DNA from: a virus
Lineage: Duplodnaviria; Caudoviricetes
DNA: 28,239 bases
Strand: one strand, 5' to 3'
Virus record (IMG/VR): IMGVR_UViG_3300044701_004466
Location: 1 to 28,239 of that record
Shown here: positions 1 through 9,201 of the stretch, one piece after another
Numbering within the stretch: the stretch's first letter is position 1
Layout: each line of letters begins with the position of its first letter
The notes under the pieces: generated by a model
Told to the model about the DNA's origin: nothing
The model's database searches: none
What the model saw: the letters and a program-made list of their open reading frames with translations, nothing else
Program-made: the position numbers and the translations under genes

Positions 1-1
1 A

Positions 2-352
2 CCTGAACCATCAAATCTAGTAGATGGACTTATAAGATATAATTCGCAGAGAGATCGGGTACAATTTACATTCAACGGGGCCTGGCTGGACCTGGCCATC
101 ATTGGCAATGTTGATATACAAACTCAATCGTTGGTTGGTGATAGTGTTGAAGATGAATTCACTCTTGACCGTTCAATTTCATCGGCACAAGACATTATGG
201 TATTCATTGGGGGAGTCTATCAGCAACCAACTGAAAATTACACTGTATCTGGAAACCTTATCACATTTACAAGCCCACCACCAGCACCAACTGGGTTGAA
301 TCCCAATAAAATTGTTATCGTTTATAATTTAAACAGCACCGACGCTGACTGA
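2..352 (+). CDS. Virion structural/fibre protein, C-terminal part (5' end outside window)
   Basis: Frame is open from base 2 (PEPSNLVDGLIRYNSQRDRVQFTFNGAW...) through the tracked 131..352 ORF. It carries the same GxxRYN..W and VxxxGVxQxP..YxVxGxxxTF modules as the next two genes. Confidence 0.8.
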   Translation, partial: PEPSNLVDGLIRYNSQRDRVQFTFNGAWLDLAIIGNVDIQTQSLVGDSVEDEFTLDRSISSAQDIMVFIGGVYQQPTENYTVSGNLITFTSPPPAPTGLNPNKIVIVYNLNSTDAD

Positions 353-359
353 GGTAAAA

Positions 360-2333
360 ATGGCAATTGGTAGAATATCAGGTGCAATGCTATATGAAAA
401 CCAAGAGCGCCAGGGCATTGACCTGCGTTTTGAAGGTGATCTGATATATCTCGATGTCAATGACAATCAAATTGATCACGATGGTCGTGTTGGCATCAAA
501 ACATCTAGTCCACAGCATGATTTTGATGTCAACGGCGAAGCAAGATTTGGCAACGTAGTAATTAGCACAAACACCATAGCGCCAGACTTAACCCACGCTA
601 ATTTAGAACTCAATACCAACAGCACGGGTCGTGTGCGTATTTCCAGCGCATACTATCTTCCCAACACCGACGGCAATGTTGGATATGCCCTAGTAACCGA
701 CGGTGCTGGGTCAGTTACATTTGAACCAATTTCTACCACATTATCATTGGCCGGTGACGATGGCAATGAAGATATTTCCTTGTTGACCGATTCGTTGTCA
801 ATCATTGGCGGAGAATCAATATTAACTACTCTTAACAGCGCAATATTAACCATTGATGCCAACATAGCAACAACAGTCAGTCGCGGTGTTGCCAGTTTTG
901 AAACCAACAATTTTTCAGTGACAGACGGCGCTGTTTCTGTTCGTGACGATTATGTACAAGACGTTGCCGGAGCAATGATCAGCGGTGTTGGTGCCACTCA
1001 CGAAAACATTTCCGTTAGTTATGATAATATCACACATAAAATTGTATTTGATGTACCAACAGCAACCACAACGTCGCTGGGTGTAGCGCAGTTTGATACC
1101 AATAACTTTGTGGTCACTGATGGCGTGGTCACGATTAACACCAATATTTCCGAAGATGTTACCGGAGCACTGTTGGCCAATGCTACACAATCGGGCATAT
1201 CTATCAGTTATGATAATAACAACAATTTAGCAACTTTTACAGTAGACACAGCTACATCTTCTACTAAAGGTATATCTAGTTTTTCAAATACGTATTTTAC
1301 AGTCACTGATGGTGATGTAGCCATCAATGATGCCAGCAACATTGACAAAGGCATTGCTGTTTTTGACAGCAACAATTTTACAGTATCATCGGGGTTGGTA
1401 ACATCAAAAAATATCACCATTGGAACATCAACAGTTGATTTAGGAGCAACACTCTTATCTATTTCTGATCTACAGTCTCTAACAGTTGATAATGTAAAAA
1501 TAGATGGCAATGAAATTTCTAGTCTTGATGCTGACGGAAATATTTCACTGAATCCCAGTGGCACTGGGGTCATTTTAGTTAATAATTCCCGAATAGTAGG
1601 TGTCAGCACACCGGTAGACAATGATGATGCTGTTAACAAAGGCTATGTTGACAACTATTTTGTCAATTTCAACGATGATCGTATAGTCAGCGGCAATACG
1701 TCAATCATTGCTAATAATACCAGTGTAGTGATCACAGTTGACGGTGTTCAAAATAGTTATTTTTCAAATATTGGTTTCACTGTTGGGAACTTATCACTGA
1801 GTGATAATACCATAACCAGCCTTGACGGAGCAACCATAGATTTTGATATTACTTCAGCGATAAATCTTCCTTCTGGCACTATCGCACAACGCCCAGCACA
1901 GCCTGTAGCCGGAGATATAAGATACAATGCTGAATTAGCATCGGTAGAATTCTACGATGGTACAGTCTGGGTTAAAATGTCTAATAACATTGAATCCCAG
2001 ATTGTTGTACCCGATGGATCGTCAGATTCTTACAGTTTAGATCAATCTGCCACCACAGATTCAATACTGGTGTCATTGAATGGTGTGATACAGAGTCCAG
2101 CCGCATATTCAGTATCAGGGACTACCATCACTTTTGTTGAGATTCCCCAAGTCACAGACATCATTGATGTGAGATTTTTAGCTACCACTGTGGCGACTAG
2201 ATTGGCCTCACCTACAGCGCCATCATCGTCTACTAGTACCGGTAATTCTGGACAAGTAGCCTATGATAATACCTACATATATGTGTGTATAGCGCAAAAT
2301 ACTTGGGTAAGAGCCGCGCTTTCAACTTGGTAA
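360..2333 (+). CDS. Tail fibre / baseplate-associated structural protein (657 aa)
   Basis: GAGGT RBS at 351-355; T/S/N/D/V-rich; four AT..xxG(V/I)AxFxxxxFxVxxG repeats; DAVNKGYVD motif; LPSGTxAQRP..GDIRYN module; structural context. Confidence 0.75.
   Translation: MAIGRISGAMLYENQERQGIDLRFEGDLIYLDVNDNQIDHDGRVGIKTSSPQHDFDVNGEARFGNVVISTNTIAPDLTHANLELNTNSTGRVRISSAYYLPNTDGNVGYALVTDGAGSVTFEPISTTLSLAGDDGNEDISLLTDSLSIIGGESILTTLNSAILTIDANIATTVSRGVASFETNNFSVTDGAVSVRDDYVQDVAGAMISGVGATHENISVSYDNITHKIVFDVPTATTTSLGVAQFDTNNFVVTDGVVTINTNISEDVTGALLANATQSGISISYDNNNNLATFTVDTATSSTKGISSFSNTYFTVTDGDVAINDASNIDKGIAVFDSNNFTVSSGLVTSKNITIGTSTVDLGATLLSISDLQSLTVDNVKIDGNEISSLDADGNISLNPSGTGVILVNNSRIVGVSTPVDNDDAVNKGYVDNYFVNFNDDRIVSGNTSIIANNTSVVITVDGVQNSYFSNIGFTVGNLSLSDNTITSLDGATIDFDITSAINLPSGTIAQRPAQPVAGDIRYNAELASVEFYDGTVWVKMSNNIESQIVVPDGSSDSYSLDQSATTDSILVSLNGVIQSPAAYSVSGTTITFVEIPQVTDIIDVRFLATTVATRLASPTAPSSSTSTGNSGQVAYDNTYIYVCIAQNTWVRAALSTW
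864..1406 (+). repeat. Four degenerate ~26-aa fibre repeats in the 360..2333 protein
   Basis: IATTVSRGVASFETNNFSVTDG / TATTTSLGVAQFDTNNFVVTDG / TATSSTKGISSFSNTYFTVTDG / DASNIDKGIAVFDSNNFTVSSG. Confidence 0.8.
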
Positions 2334-2475
2334 CATAAATAAAATTAAAGACATTCAGTCAAAATTCATATAGCAAGGTCTAGTACGACCTAAACTTCTA
2401 TACAACATTCCCCAACCGCCCCTGACTAACATATTAAAAATCCTTGTCACGGACGGTGTTTCCTCACGATTTCGG

Positions 2476-2481
2476 TAAATA
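2476..2481 (+). promoter_or_regulatory. Late promoter (TAAATA, T4 late-like)
   Basis: TAAATA in the intergenic region 30 nt before ATG 2512, with AGGAG RBS at 2498-2502. A second TAAATA lies at 2336-2341. Confidence 0.7.
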
Positions 2482-2511
2482 TTATTTGAAACACTTTAGG
2501 AGCGCACAGGA

Positions 2512-5500
2512 ATGCCTAATATTACACGAATTAAAAACAATCAGATCACGGACGCAACCATTGAGTATACCAAGATTAAAGCAGGTACACTGGTAGGTTC
2601 GGTATTCAACCCTGATCTCACACTGAATTCAAACGTTACCATCGTTGGTAACTTATCTGTTAGTGGAGACACTAGCACAGTACAAAGCACGAACACATAC
2701 ATCAATGACCCACTGGTCATTTTCAACAACGGCTATACTGGAGCACCCAGTTATGACATTGGTATTTTAGTCAATCGTAACTTGGCCTCAGTTGCAGGCG
2801 TAGGTAACGTAAACGCCGCTTTTATTTGGGACGAATCCGAAGACAAATTTGCAGCAGTACTGACTACAGAAACAGGTGGCACAGCTGGTGCTATCAATAT
2901 CACAGCCTACGCAGACGCAGAATTTGCTGACGTTGAAGCGGTAGATGGCACGTTTAGTGGCAACATTAGCGCAACTAATGTCACAGGCGATCTAACTGGT
3001 AACGTAACTGGTAACGTAACTGGTAACGTAACTGGTAACGTCACAGGCGATCTAACTGGTAACGTAACTGGTAACGTCACAGGCGATCTAACTGGTAACG
3101 TAACTGGTAATGTCACAGGTAACGTCACAGGCGATCTAACTGGTAACGTAACTGGTAACTTGACAGGTAACGTAACTGGTGATGTCACAGGTAACTTGAC
3201 AGGTAACGTAACTGGTAATGTCACAGGTAACGTAACTGGTAACTTGACAGGCGATGTCACAGGTAATATTTCTGGTACAACTGGCTCTTTCACAGGCAAC
3301 GTATCAGCAGACAACTTCAACGGTGATGTCGTAGGTGATGTCACAGGTAACTTGACAGGTAACGTAACTGGTAACTTGACAGGCGATGTCACAGGTAATA
3401 TTTCTGGTACAACTGGCGCATTCACAGGCAACGTTAGTGCTGACAACTTCAATGGTGATGTTGTTGGTAATGTAACTGGTAATGTCACAGGTAACTTGAC
3501 AGGCGATGTCACAGGTAATATTTCTGGTACAACTGGCGCATTCACAGGCAATGTTAGTGCTGACAACTTCAATGGTGATGTTGTTGGTAATGTCACAGGT
3601 AACTTGACAGGCGATGTAACTGGTAATGTCACAGGCAATGTCACAGGTAACGTAACTGGTGATTTGACAGGCAATGTCACAGGTAACCTAACAGGCGATG
3701 TCACAGGTAATATTTCTGGTACAACTGGCTCTTTCACAGGCAACGTTAGTGCTGACAACTTCAATGGTGATGTTGTTGGTAATGTAACGGCAACTTCGGT
3801 GTCAACCGGAACCTTGTCGGTGACAACTTCTACCAACTTCAATGGCGTATTAGTAGCCAATATTGCCACTCCGGTGAGCAACACCGACGCAGCCACAAAA
3901 GCCTATGTTGACGCACAAATTTCAAGTGGTGGCGATCGTATCGTTGAGTATGATTCATCGATTATCATCAGTGACACCAACGGTGCTTCCCAATCCAATA
4001 TTATTGTTTCTGTTGACGGAACCACTTCGCTGACATTTACAAACTCGGCTATTACAACATCTTCAACATCAAATGTTGCTATAAACAGTACTACCGCAGC
4101 TTCAAGTTCAACAACTGGTGCATTGACAGTCGCAGGCGGTGCTGGCATTGGTGGTAGTTTATATGTTGGTGGCGGTGCTGTCATTGGCGGAAACCTAACC
4201 GTACAAGGTACACTGACATCGGTGTCATCAACCACAGTTGAGATCGCAGACCTTAACGTGACAGTGGCCAAAGGCGCAGCTGATGCTGCAGCAGCCAATG
4301 GTGCTGGTCTAACAGTTGATGGCGCCAACGCAACAATCACATACAACAGCGGTTCAGATACTTGGAACTTTAACAAAAACCTAATAGCCGCAGAATTTAC
4401 TGGTAACGTAACAGGTAATGTCACAGGTAATGTCACAGGTGACATTTCAGGTACAACTGGCTCGTTTACAGGCAACGTATCGGCAGATAACTTCAATGGC
4501 GACCTAGTAGGTAACGTCACAGGTAACGTCACAGGTAACGTAACTGGTAACGTAACTGGTGATCTAACTGGTAATATTTCTGGTACAACTGGCTCGTTTA
4601 CAGGCAACGTATCGGCTGATAACTTCAATGGCGACCTAGTAGGTAACGTCACAGGTAACGTCACAGGTAACGTAACTGGTAACGTAACTGGTGATCTAAC
4701 TGGTAACATTGCAGGCGTACAAACTATAACAGCAGCCGCTGGTGAAGATCTTACTATCACAGGCTCATCTGGCAAAAGCATAAACATCAATGGTGATTCA
4801 CTAACGGTAAGTCCAGCCGCAACCTTTAACGGAGGCATTACCGGTAACGTAACTGGTAACGTAACTGGTAACGTAACTGGTGATTTGACAGGCAATGTCA
4901 CAGGTAACCTAACAGGCGATGTCACAGGTAATATTTCTGGTACAACTGGCTCTTTCACAGGTAACGTATCAGCAGATAACTTCAATGGCGACCTAGTAGG
5001 TAACGTCACAGGCAATGTCACAGGCGATCTAACTGGTAATGTCACAGGCAATGTCACAGGTAATGTCACAGGTGACTTGACAGGTAATGTAACTGGTAAC
5101 TTGACAGGCAATGTCACAGGTAATGTCACAGGTGACTTGACAGGTAACGTAACTGGTAACTTGACAGGCAATGTCACAGGCAATGTCACAGGCAATGTCA
5201 CAGGTGACTTGACAGGTAACGTAACTGGTAATGTCACAGGTAATGTCACAGGTAACTTGACTGGTGATGTAACTGGTAATGTTACATCAACTGGAAACAG
5301 TTCGTTCTCAAATATCTCTGTAACCGGCGGAGCAATTAACGGTGCAACAATTGGTGCAACAACAGCATCATCAGGTGCGTTTACTACCATTGATTCTTCG
5401 GGTGCCGCAACACTTGACAGCTTATCGGTGACCACAGACGCTGGTATCACAGGCAATCTAGCTGTTACTGGTACAGTAACTGGTGCCAACGCAGACTTTG

Positions 5501-6477
5501 ATACTACCAATGTAGATAGTCTAGTAGTCAACGATGAGCAGACAGCCGGACAAAATATTCAACATTATGGTACAACCGTAGCAGGACTATTCCGCTCAGT
5601 GGCCAACTCAACCTACGATCAAGTGATCATTGGTGGCGATGGTACCAGCGGTGATTTGCTCACAGGTGCTAGACTCAATATCATTGGCACTGATTCCATG
5701 CGTATTCCATCTGGTACAACTGGTGAACGTCCAGCCACTGCCGCACAAGGTATGTTCCGCTACAACTCTTCAACAGGAACAGCAGAACTGTACACCGGAT
5801 CTGCATGGCGTAACATTGGTGGCGACTTCACAGTTATCACAGCAGAATCGTTCAACGGTGATGGAACAACCACAGTATTCACTTTAGGTGCGGCATCAAC
5901 CACTGCTGGAACAGTGGTAGCAATCAACGGTGTGGTACAGATCCCAACCACTGCTTACTCGGTGGCAAGCACATCGCTGACATTTACTGAAGCACCACAA
6001 GCCGGCGACGTGATTGATGTACGCCGTTTGTTGACAACATCCACGATTTCGGGTGTAGCCAGCGCAAACGGATACATGCAGATTGAGCCCACAGACTCAG
6101 CGATCAATATCTACACAGGCACATCTTCGGGTGCGGTAACAACTAAAATTGATACCAGCGGCGCATTTGTGACTTCGCGAGCCAGCACAGCATGTACTAC
6201 TTCGGCCACCAACGTTGATACGTTTGCCAAAGCAACTTATCGTTCGGCCAAGTATCTAGTACAAGCATCCACTGCTGGTGGCGATTACGAGATCAGTGAA
6301 GTGTTGGTCATACACGATGGTACGACAGCCACAATGGTTGAGTACGGCATCGTAGCAACAAACGCATCATTGGGTACTGTAACCGCTGACATCAGTGGCA
6401 GTGATGTACGTCTGCGCTACGCAGCCGCATCAGGAACAGTAAACGTAGTAATCAAGAAAGATTACATCGTAGTTTGA
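2512..6477 (+). CDS. Long tail fibre/appendage protein with GNVT/GDLT tetrapeptide arrays (1321 aa)
   Basis: AGGAG RBS; three low-complexity repeat blocks; DAATKAYVD motif; IPSGTTGERP..GMFRYN module; C-terminal beta domain shared with 8032..9159. Confidence 0.85.
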   Translation: MPNITRIKNNQITDATIEYTKIKAGTLVGSVFNPDLTLNSNVTIVGNLSVSGDTSTVQSTNTYINDPLVIFNNGYTGAPSYDIGILVNRNLASVAGVGNVNAAFIWDESEDKFAAVLTTETGGTAGAINITAYADAEFADVEAVDGTFSGNISATNVTGDLTGNVTGNVTGNVTGNVTGDLTGNVTGNVTGDLTGNVTGNVTGNVTGDLTGNVTGNLTGNVTGDVTGNLTGNVTGNVTGNVTGNLTGDVTGNISGTTGSFTGNVSADNFNGDVVGDVTGNLTGNVTGNLTGDVTGNISGTTGAFTGNVSADNFNGDVVGNVTGNVTGNLTGDVTGNISGTTGAFTGNVSADNFNGDVVGNVTGNLTGDVTGNVTGNVTGNVTGDLTGNVTGNLTGDVTGNISGTTGSFTGNVSADNFNGDVVGNVTATSVSTGTLSVTTSTNFNGVLVANIATPVSNTDAATKAYVDAQISSGGDRIVEYDSSIIISDTNGASQSNIIVSVDGTTSLTFTNSAITTSSTSNVAINSTTAASSSTTGALTVAGGAGIGGSLYVGGGAVIGGNLTVQGTLTSVSSTTVEIADLNVTVAKGAADAAAANGAGLTVDGANATITYNSGSDTWNFNKNLIAAEFTGNVTGNVTGNVTGDISGTTGSFTGNVSADNFNGDLVGNVTGNVTGNVTGNVTGDLTGNISGTTGSFTGNVSADNFNGDLVGNVTGNVTGNVTGNVTGDLTGNIAGVQTITAAAGEDLTITGSSGKSININGDSLTVSPAATFNGGITGNVTGNVTGNVTGDLTGNVTGNLTGDVTGNISGTTGSFTGNVSADNFNGDLVGNVTGNVTGDLTGNVTGNVTGNVTGDLTGNVTGNLTGNVTGNVTGDLTGNVTGNLTGNVTGNVTGNVTGDLTGNVTGNVTGNVTGNLTGDVTGNVTSTGNSSFSNISVTGGAINGATIGATTASSGAFTTIDSSGAATLDSLSVTTDAGITGNLAVTGTVTGANADFDTTNVDSLVVNDEQTAGQNIQHYGTTVAGLFRSVANSTYDQVIIGGDGTSGDLLTGARLNIIGTDSMRIPSGTTGERPATAAQGMFRYNSSTGTAELYTGSAWRNIGGDFTVITAESFNGDGTTTVFTLGAASTTAGTVVAINGVVQIPTTAYSVASTSLTFTEAPQAGDVIDVRRLLTTSTISGVASANGYMQIEPTDSAINIYTGTSSGAVTTKIDTSGAFVTSRASTACTTSATNVDTFAKATYRSAKYLVQASTAGGDYEISEVLVIHDGTTATMVEYGIVATNASLGTVTADISGSDVRLRYAAASGTVNVVIKKDYIVV
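2977..5285 (+). repeat. 12-bp coding tandem arrays (GGT AAC GTA ACT / GGT AAT GTC ACA etc.) in three blocks, with seven higher-order G(N/D)ISGTTG(S/A)FTGNVSADNFNGD(V/L)VG units
   Basis: Blocks at about 2977-3790, 4399-4710 and 4840-5285, visible in both DNA and protein. Confidence 0.95.
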
Positions 6478-6487
6478 TTTTAAAACC

Positions 6488-6517
6488 GGAACAGGAAGCA
6501 TAGGGCTTCCTGGTTCC
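6488..6517 (+). other. Intergenic RNA hairpin without U-tract
   Basis: GGAAC-AGGAAGC-atagg-GCTTCCT-g-GTTCC: 12 bp with one bulge, followed by TAAACAAC. Confidence 0.6.
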
Positions 6518-6547
6518 TAAACAACGCCAGAAGGGAGATATGGAACT

Positions 6548-7924
6548 ATGGCCGCAGGATTTTTCGTAGTTAAAAATGGTCTACAAGTAGGCCCATTACA
6601 GATCAACGCCGCAACCGGCGCGATCAGTTCAACATCAGGTAATCTGACATTATCGGGTAACGTAGCAGTATCAAAGATCAACAAAAACGACTCGTCAATC
6701 GAGATCAATGATACTGGTACTGGTTCCAATGTTGATGTTAAAATTGATGGTACAACTGCTGTTATTTTTACTGCCAACGCTATGTTGCCAGTCACAGACA
6801 TTACCTATGACCTAGGTAGCTCTACCAAACAATGGAAAGACGTCTACGTTGGTCCTGGATCTCTGTATGTTAACGGACAGAAAGTATTACAAGAAGATTC
6901 GGGTAACATCGTGGTTTCGGCCGACGCCAACCAGAATCTAGTGTTCCAAACTTCAGGTTCGGGAGACATTGAGCTAGATCCAACAGGTTCAGGTGTGGTA
7001 CAAGTCAAAGGTACGCTGACCATCGAAGAAGGTACCAACATCAATACCAGCAGTGGTAATGCTGTGCCATTTTCCACAGGCATTAAATCAGACACGATCA
7101 CCAGCAAGACCACCAACACAGATCTCACACTCACGGCCAATGGCACAGGTGTGGTACGTGTCGATGACGACATGACAGTCACAGGTAACTTGACTATATC
7201 AGGCACGACAACCACAGTCAATACCACAACACTCAGTGTTGCTGACAACATCATCGACCTCAACAGTGATGTTACCACAGGTGCACCTAGCCAGAATGCT
7301 GGTTTGCGTGTGCTACGCGGTGATGATCCTGCAGTGCAGATCCGTTGGAACGAAACTTCAGACAAGTGGGAACTTACCACAGATGGCACCAATTACTCAG
7401 TGATTGGCGATGCTTCGGCTCTGCCTGGCAATACCACTATCGGTGGTAACTTGACACCAACAACCGACAATACGCTCAATTTAGGCTCAAGTTCGTTCAA
7501 GTTTAATACTGTGTATGCTACCACATTCAATGGTCAAGCAACAACAGCACAGTACGCTGACTTGGCAGAGAACTATCAAGCAGACAAGGCCTACGAGCCC
7601 GGTACAGTGGTTGAGTTTGGTGGTGCTGAAGAAGTTACTATAGCTGCTCCAGGTTCAGCACGTATCGCTGGCGTGGTATCTAGTGCTCCAGGTTTCTTGA
7701 TGAACTCCGGACTCCGCGGCGCCAACGTAGTGGCAGTGGCGTTTACAGGTCGTGTTCCTTGTAAGGTCACTGGCGCAGTACGCAAAGGCGACATGCTGGT
7801 AGCTTCTGGCAACGGACATGCTACAGTGACACGCACACCACAGATTGGCCAAGTGATTGGTAAAGCCCTGGCCAACTTTGATGGTCAAAGTGGCGTGATT
7901 GAAGTGGCAGTTGGCCGCTATTAA
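6548..7924 (+). CDS. Fibre/appendage protein with C-terminal peptidase-G2-like intramolecular chaperone (autocleavage) domain
   Basis: YADLAENY..PGTVV..GVVSS.PGFLMN..GRVPCKV.G.V.KGD..IGKAL at 7553-7921 resembles the phi29 gp12-type autocleaving chaperone; beta-rich body; GGGAG RBS. Confidence 0.7.
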   Translation: MAAGFFVVKNGLQVGPLQINAATGAISSTSGNLTLSGNVAVSKINKNDSSIEINDTGTGSNVDVKIDGTTAVIFTANAMLPVTDITYDLGSSTKQWKDVYVGPGSLYVNGQKVLQEDSGNIVVSADANQNLVFQTSGSGDIELDPTGSGVVQVKGTLTIEEGTNINTSSGNAVPFSTGIKSDTITSKTTNTDLTLTANGTGVVRVDDDMTVTGNLTISGTTTTVNTTTLSVADNIIDLNSDVTTGAPSQNAGLRVLRGDDPAVQIRWNETSDKWELTTDGTNYSVIGDASALPGNTTIGGNLTPTTDNTLNLGSSSFKFNTVYATTFNGQATTAQYADLAENYQADKAYEPGTVVEFGGAEEVTIAAPGSARIAGVVSSAPGFLMNSGLRGANVVAVAFTGRVPCKVTGAVRKGDMLVASGNGHATVTRTPQIGQVIGKALANFDGQSGVIEVAVGRY

Positions 7925-7941
7925 TCATTGTTGTACAAAAA

Positions 7942-7975
7942 CAGCAAAAAAGGCCCGAGAGGGCCTTTTTTGTTG
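7942..7975. terminator. Intrinsic terminator, probably bidirectional
   Basis: CAAAAAAGGCCC-GAGA-GGGCCTTTTTTG with a GNRA tetraloop and flanking A and T tracts. Confidence 0.9.
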
Positions 7976-8001
7976 GACGATCTGTAACAAAATAGTCAAG
8001 A

Positions 8002-8007
8002 TAAATA
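8002..8007 (+). promoter_or_regulatory. Late promoter TAAATA
   Basis: GATAAATACT just after the terminator, 24 nt before ATG 8032, with an AGGA RBS. Confidence 0.75.
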
Positions 8008-8031
8008 CTCGATAAACAGGACATTATAATA

Positions 8032-9159
8032 ATGGGATTAACTAGACCGCGTTTAACGCAACTACAAGATTCGGATTTTAAAAATAGTTGTCGTGCGGCC
8101 GCGGTCAACAACATCACACTCTCAGGCGGCGCTCCTGCCACAGTTGACGGAGTAAATCTACAAGTCAACGATCGTGTGTTGGTAGTAGGGCAAACCAATG
8201 CTAGTCAAAATGGTATCTATTTTGTTTCCACACTGGGATCAGGCAGTAACGGCACATGGACCAGGACATTAGATTCCAATCAAAACGCCGAAGTCACATC
8301 TGGCGTGATAGTAAACACCGTTGAAGGAACCGAGTACGCAGGAACACTCTGGAAACTGACTACTCAAGATCCTATCACCATTGGTTCAACTGGACTCACA
8401 TTCGTACCAAATCTTGAAAACAGTAACATTTATGTAGGAAGTAAAGCAGTAACAACATCGCAGACAGTGATTAACAGCATTGCCTCCAGTGGATCTACTT
8501 CAGTGAGATGGACAGTATCAGCAGTAGATAACACAAATGGCCGTTATAAAACTTCAACTGTTGACGTGTTGTCAGATGGAACCGATGTCTATATATCAGA
8601 GTATGCTGTTGTACTAAGTAATTCAAACTATGAAGTGGTTAGTCTCACTGCTGATATCAATGACAGCAACATACGATTGTTGGGTACCGGTGATAGTTCC
8701 AACGTCAGCGTGTATTTCCAAAGATCATTTTTAGGATCGTCGTCGTCGGTGGGATATGTCAAAGCTTCGTTGTCAGTGGACGGAATGGCAACATTAACAG
8801 ATACACAAACTCTGACAAACAAAACACTGACAGCACCTGTTATTAATAAAATTATTGTATCTCCATCAACAACATCTGTTAATACAACTGCTACTGTCAT
8901 TGATACTTTTGTTGCTGCCACTTATCAAGGTGCAAAGTATTTGATAACAATATCTAACGGCAGTAATTACAACATCATTGAGGCTCTATTGGTACACGAC
9001 GGTACAACTGCCACAGTCACAGTCTATGGCGAAACATCAACTAACGCATCATTGGGAGATATAACCGCAGATATCAGCAGTGGAAATGTGCGTCTTTTAT
9101 ATACAGGAGTGTCCGCAGGTAACGGTGTAAAACTAGCCGCAACGTACATTTCTGCTTGA
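8032..9159 (+). CDS. Tail fibre-related structural protein (375 aa)
   Basis: N-terminal phage module (KNSCRAA..NITLSGG..VDGV..DRVLV.GQT..QNGIY..WTR..D) followed by two copies of the beta domain found at the C-terminus of 2512..6477. Confidence 0.75.
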   Translation: MGLTRPRLTQLQDSDFKNSCRAAAVNNITLSGGAPATVDGVNLQVNDRVLVVGQTNASQNGIYFVSTLGSGSNGTWTRTLDSNQNAEVTSGVIVNTVEGTEYAGTLWKLTTQDPITIGSTGLTFVPNLENSNIYVGSKAVTTSQTVINSIASSGSTSVRWTVSAVDNTNGRYKTSTVDVLSDGTDVYISEYAVVLSNSNYEVVSLTADINDSNIRLLGTGDSSNVSVYFQRSFLGSSSSVGYVKASLSVDGMATLTDTQTLTNKTLTAPVINKIIVSPSTTSVNTTATVIDTFVAATYQGAKYLITISNGSNYNIIEALLVHDGTTATVTVYGETSTNASLGDITADISSGNVRLLYTGVSAGNGVKLAATYISA

Positions 9160-9166
9160 TTTTTGA

Positions 9167-9172
9167 TAAGTA
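9167..9172 (+). promoter_or_regulatory. Variant late promoter TAAGTA
   Basis: GATAAGTACT, one mismatch from GATAAATACT at 8000-8009; intergenic, upstream of a GGAG RBS and ATG 9202. Confidence 0.5.
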
Positions 9173-9201
9173 CTATATAGAATTTTTGGAGCTAGCCAAC
9201 T

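Noticed and set aside
2334-2455. Largest intergenic gap as a possible tRNA or ncRNA
   Set aside because: Only a 5-bp hairpin (AGGTC/GACCT) is evident; no cloverleaf or known RNA motif recognised.
2977-5285. Repeat-spacer appearance suggesting a CRISPR array
   Set aside because: Units are in-frame coding repeats, the 'spacers' are themselves repeats, and no cas genes or leader are present.
2907-5531. Long minus-strand ORFs (329 and 542 aa) of PVTL/PVKL repeats
   Set aside because: Antisense shadows of the GNVT array, whose codons lack stops on the reverse strand; no RBS or promoter support.
6220-9156. Similar C-terminal DNA in two fibre genes as a possible diversity-generating retroelement TR/VR pair
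   Set aside because: Differences are not adenine-specific, both copies are coding and well diverged, and no reverse transcriptase is in the window.
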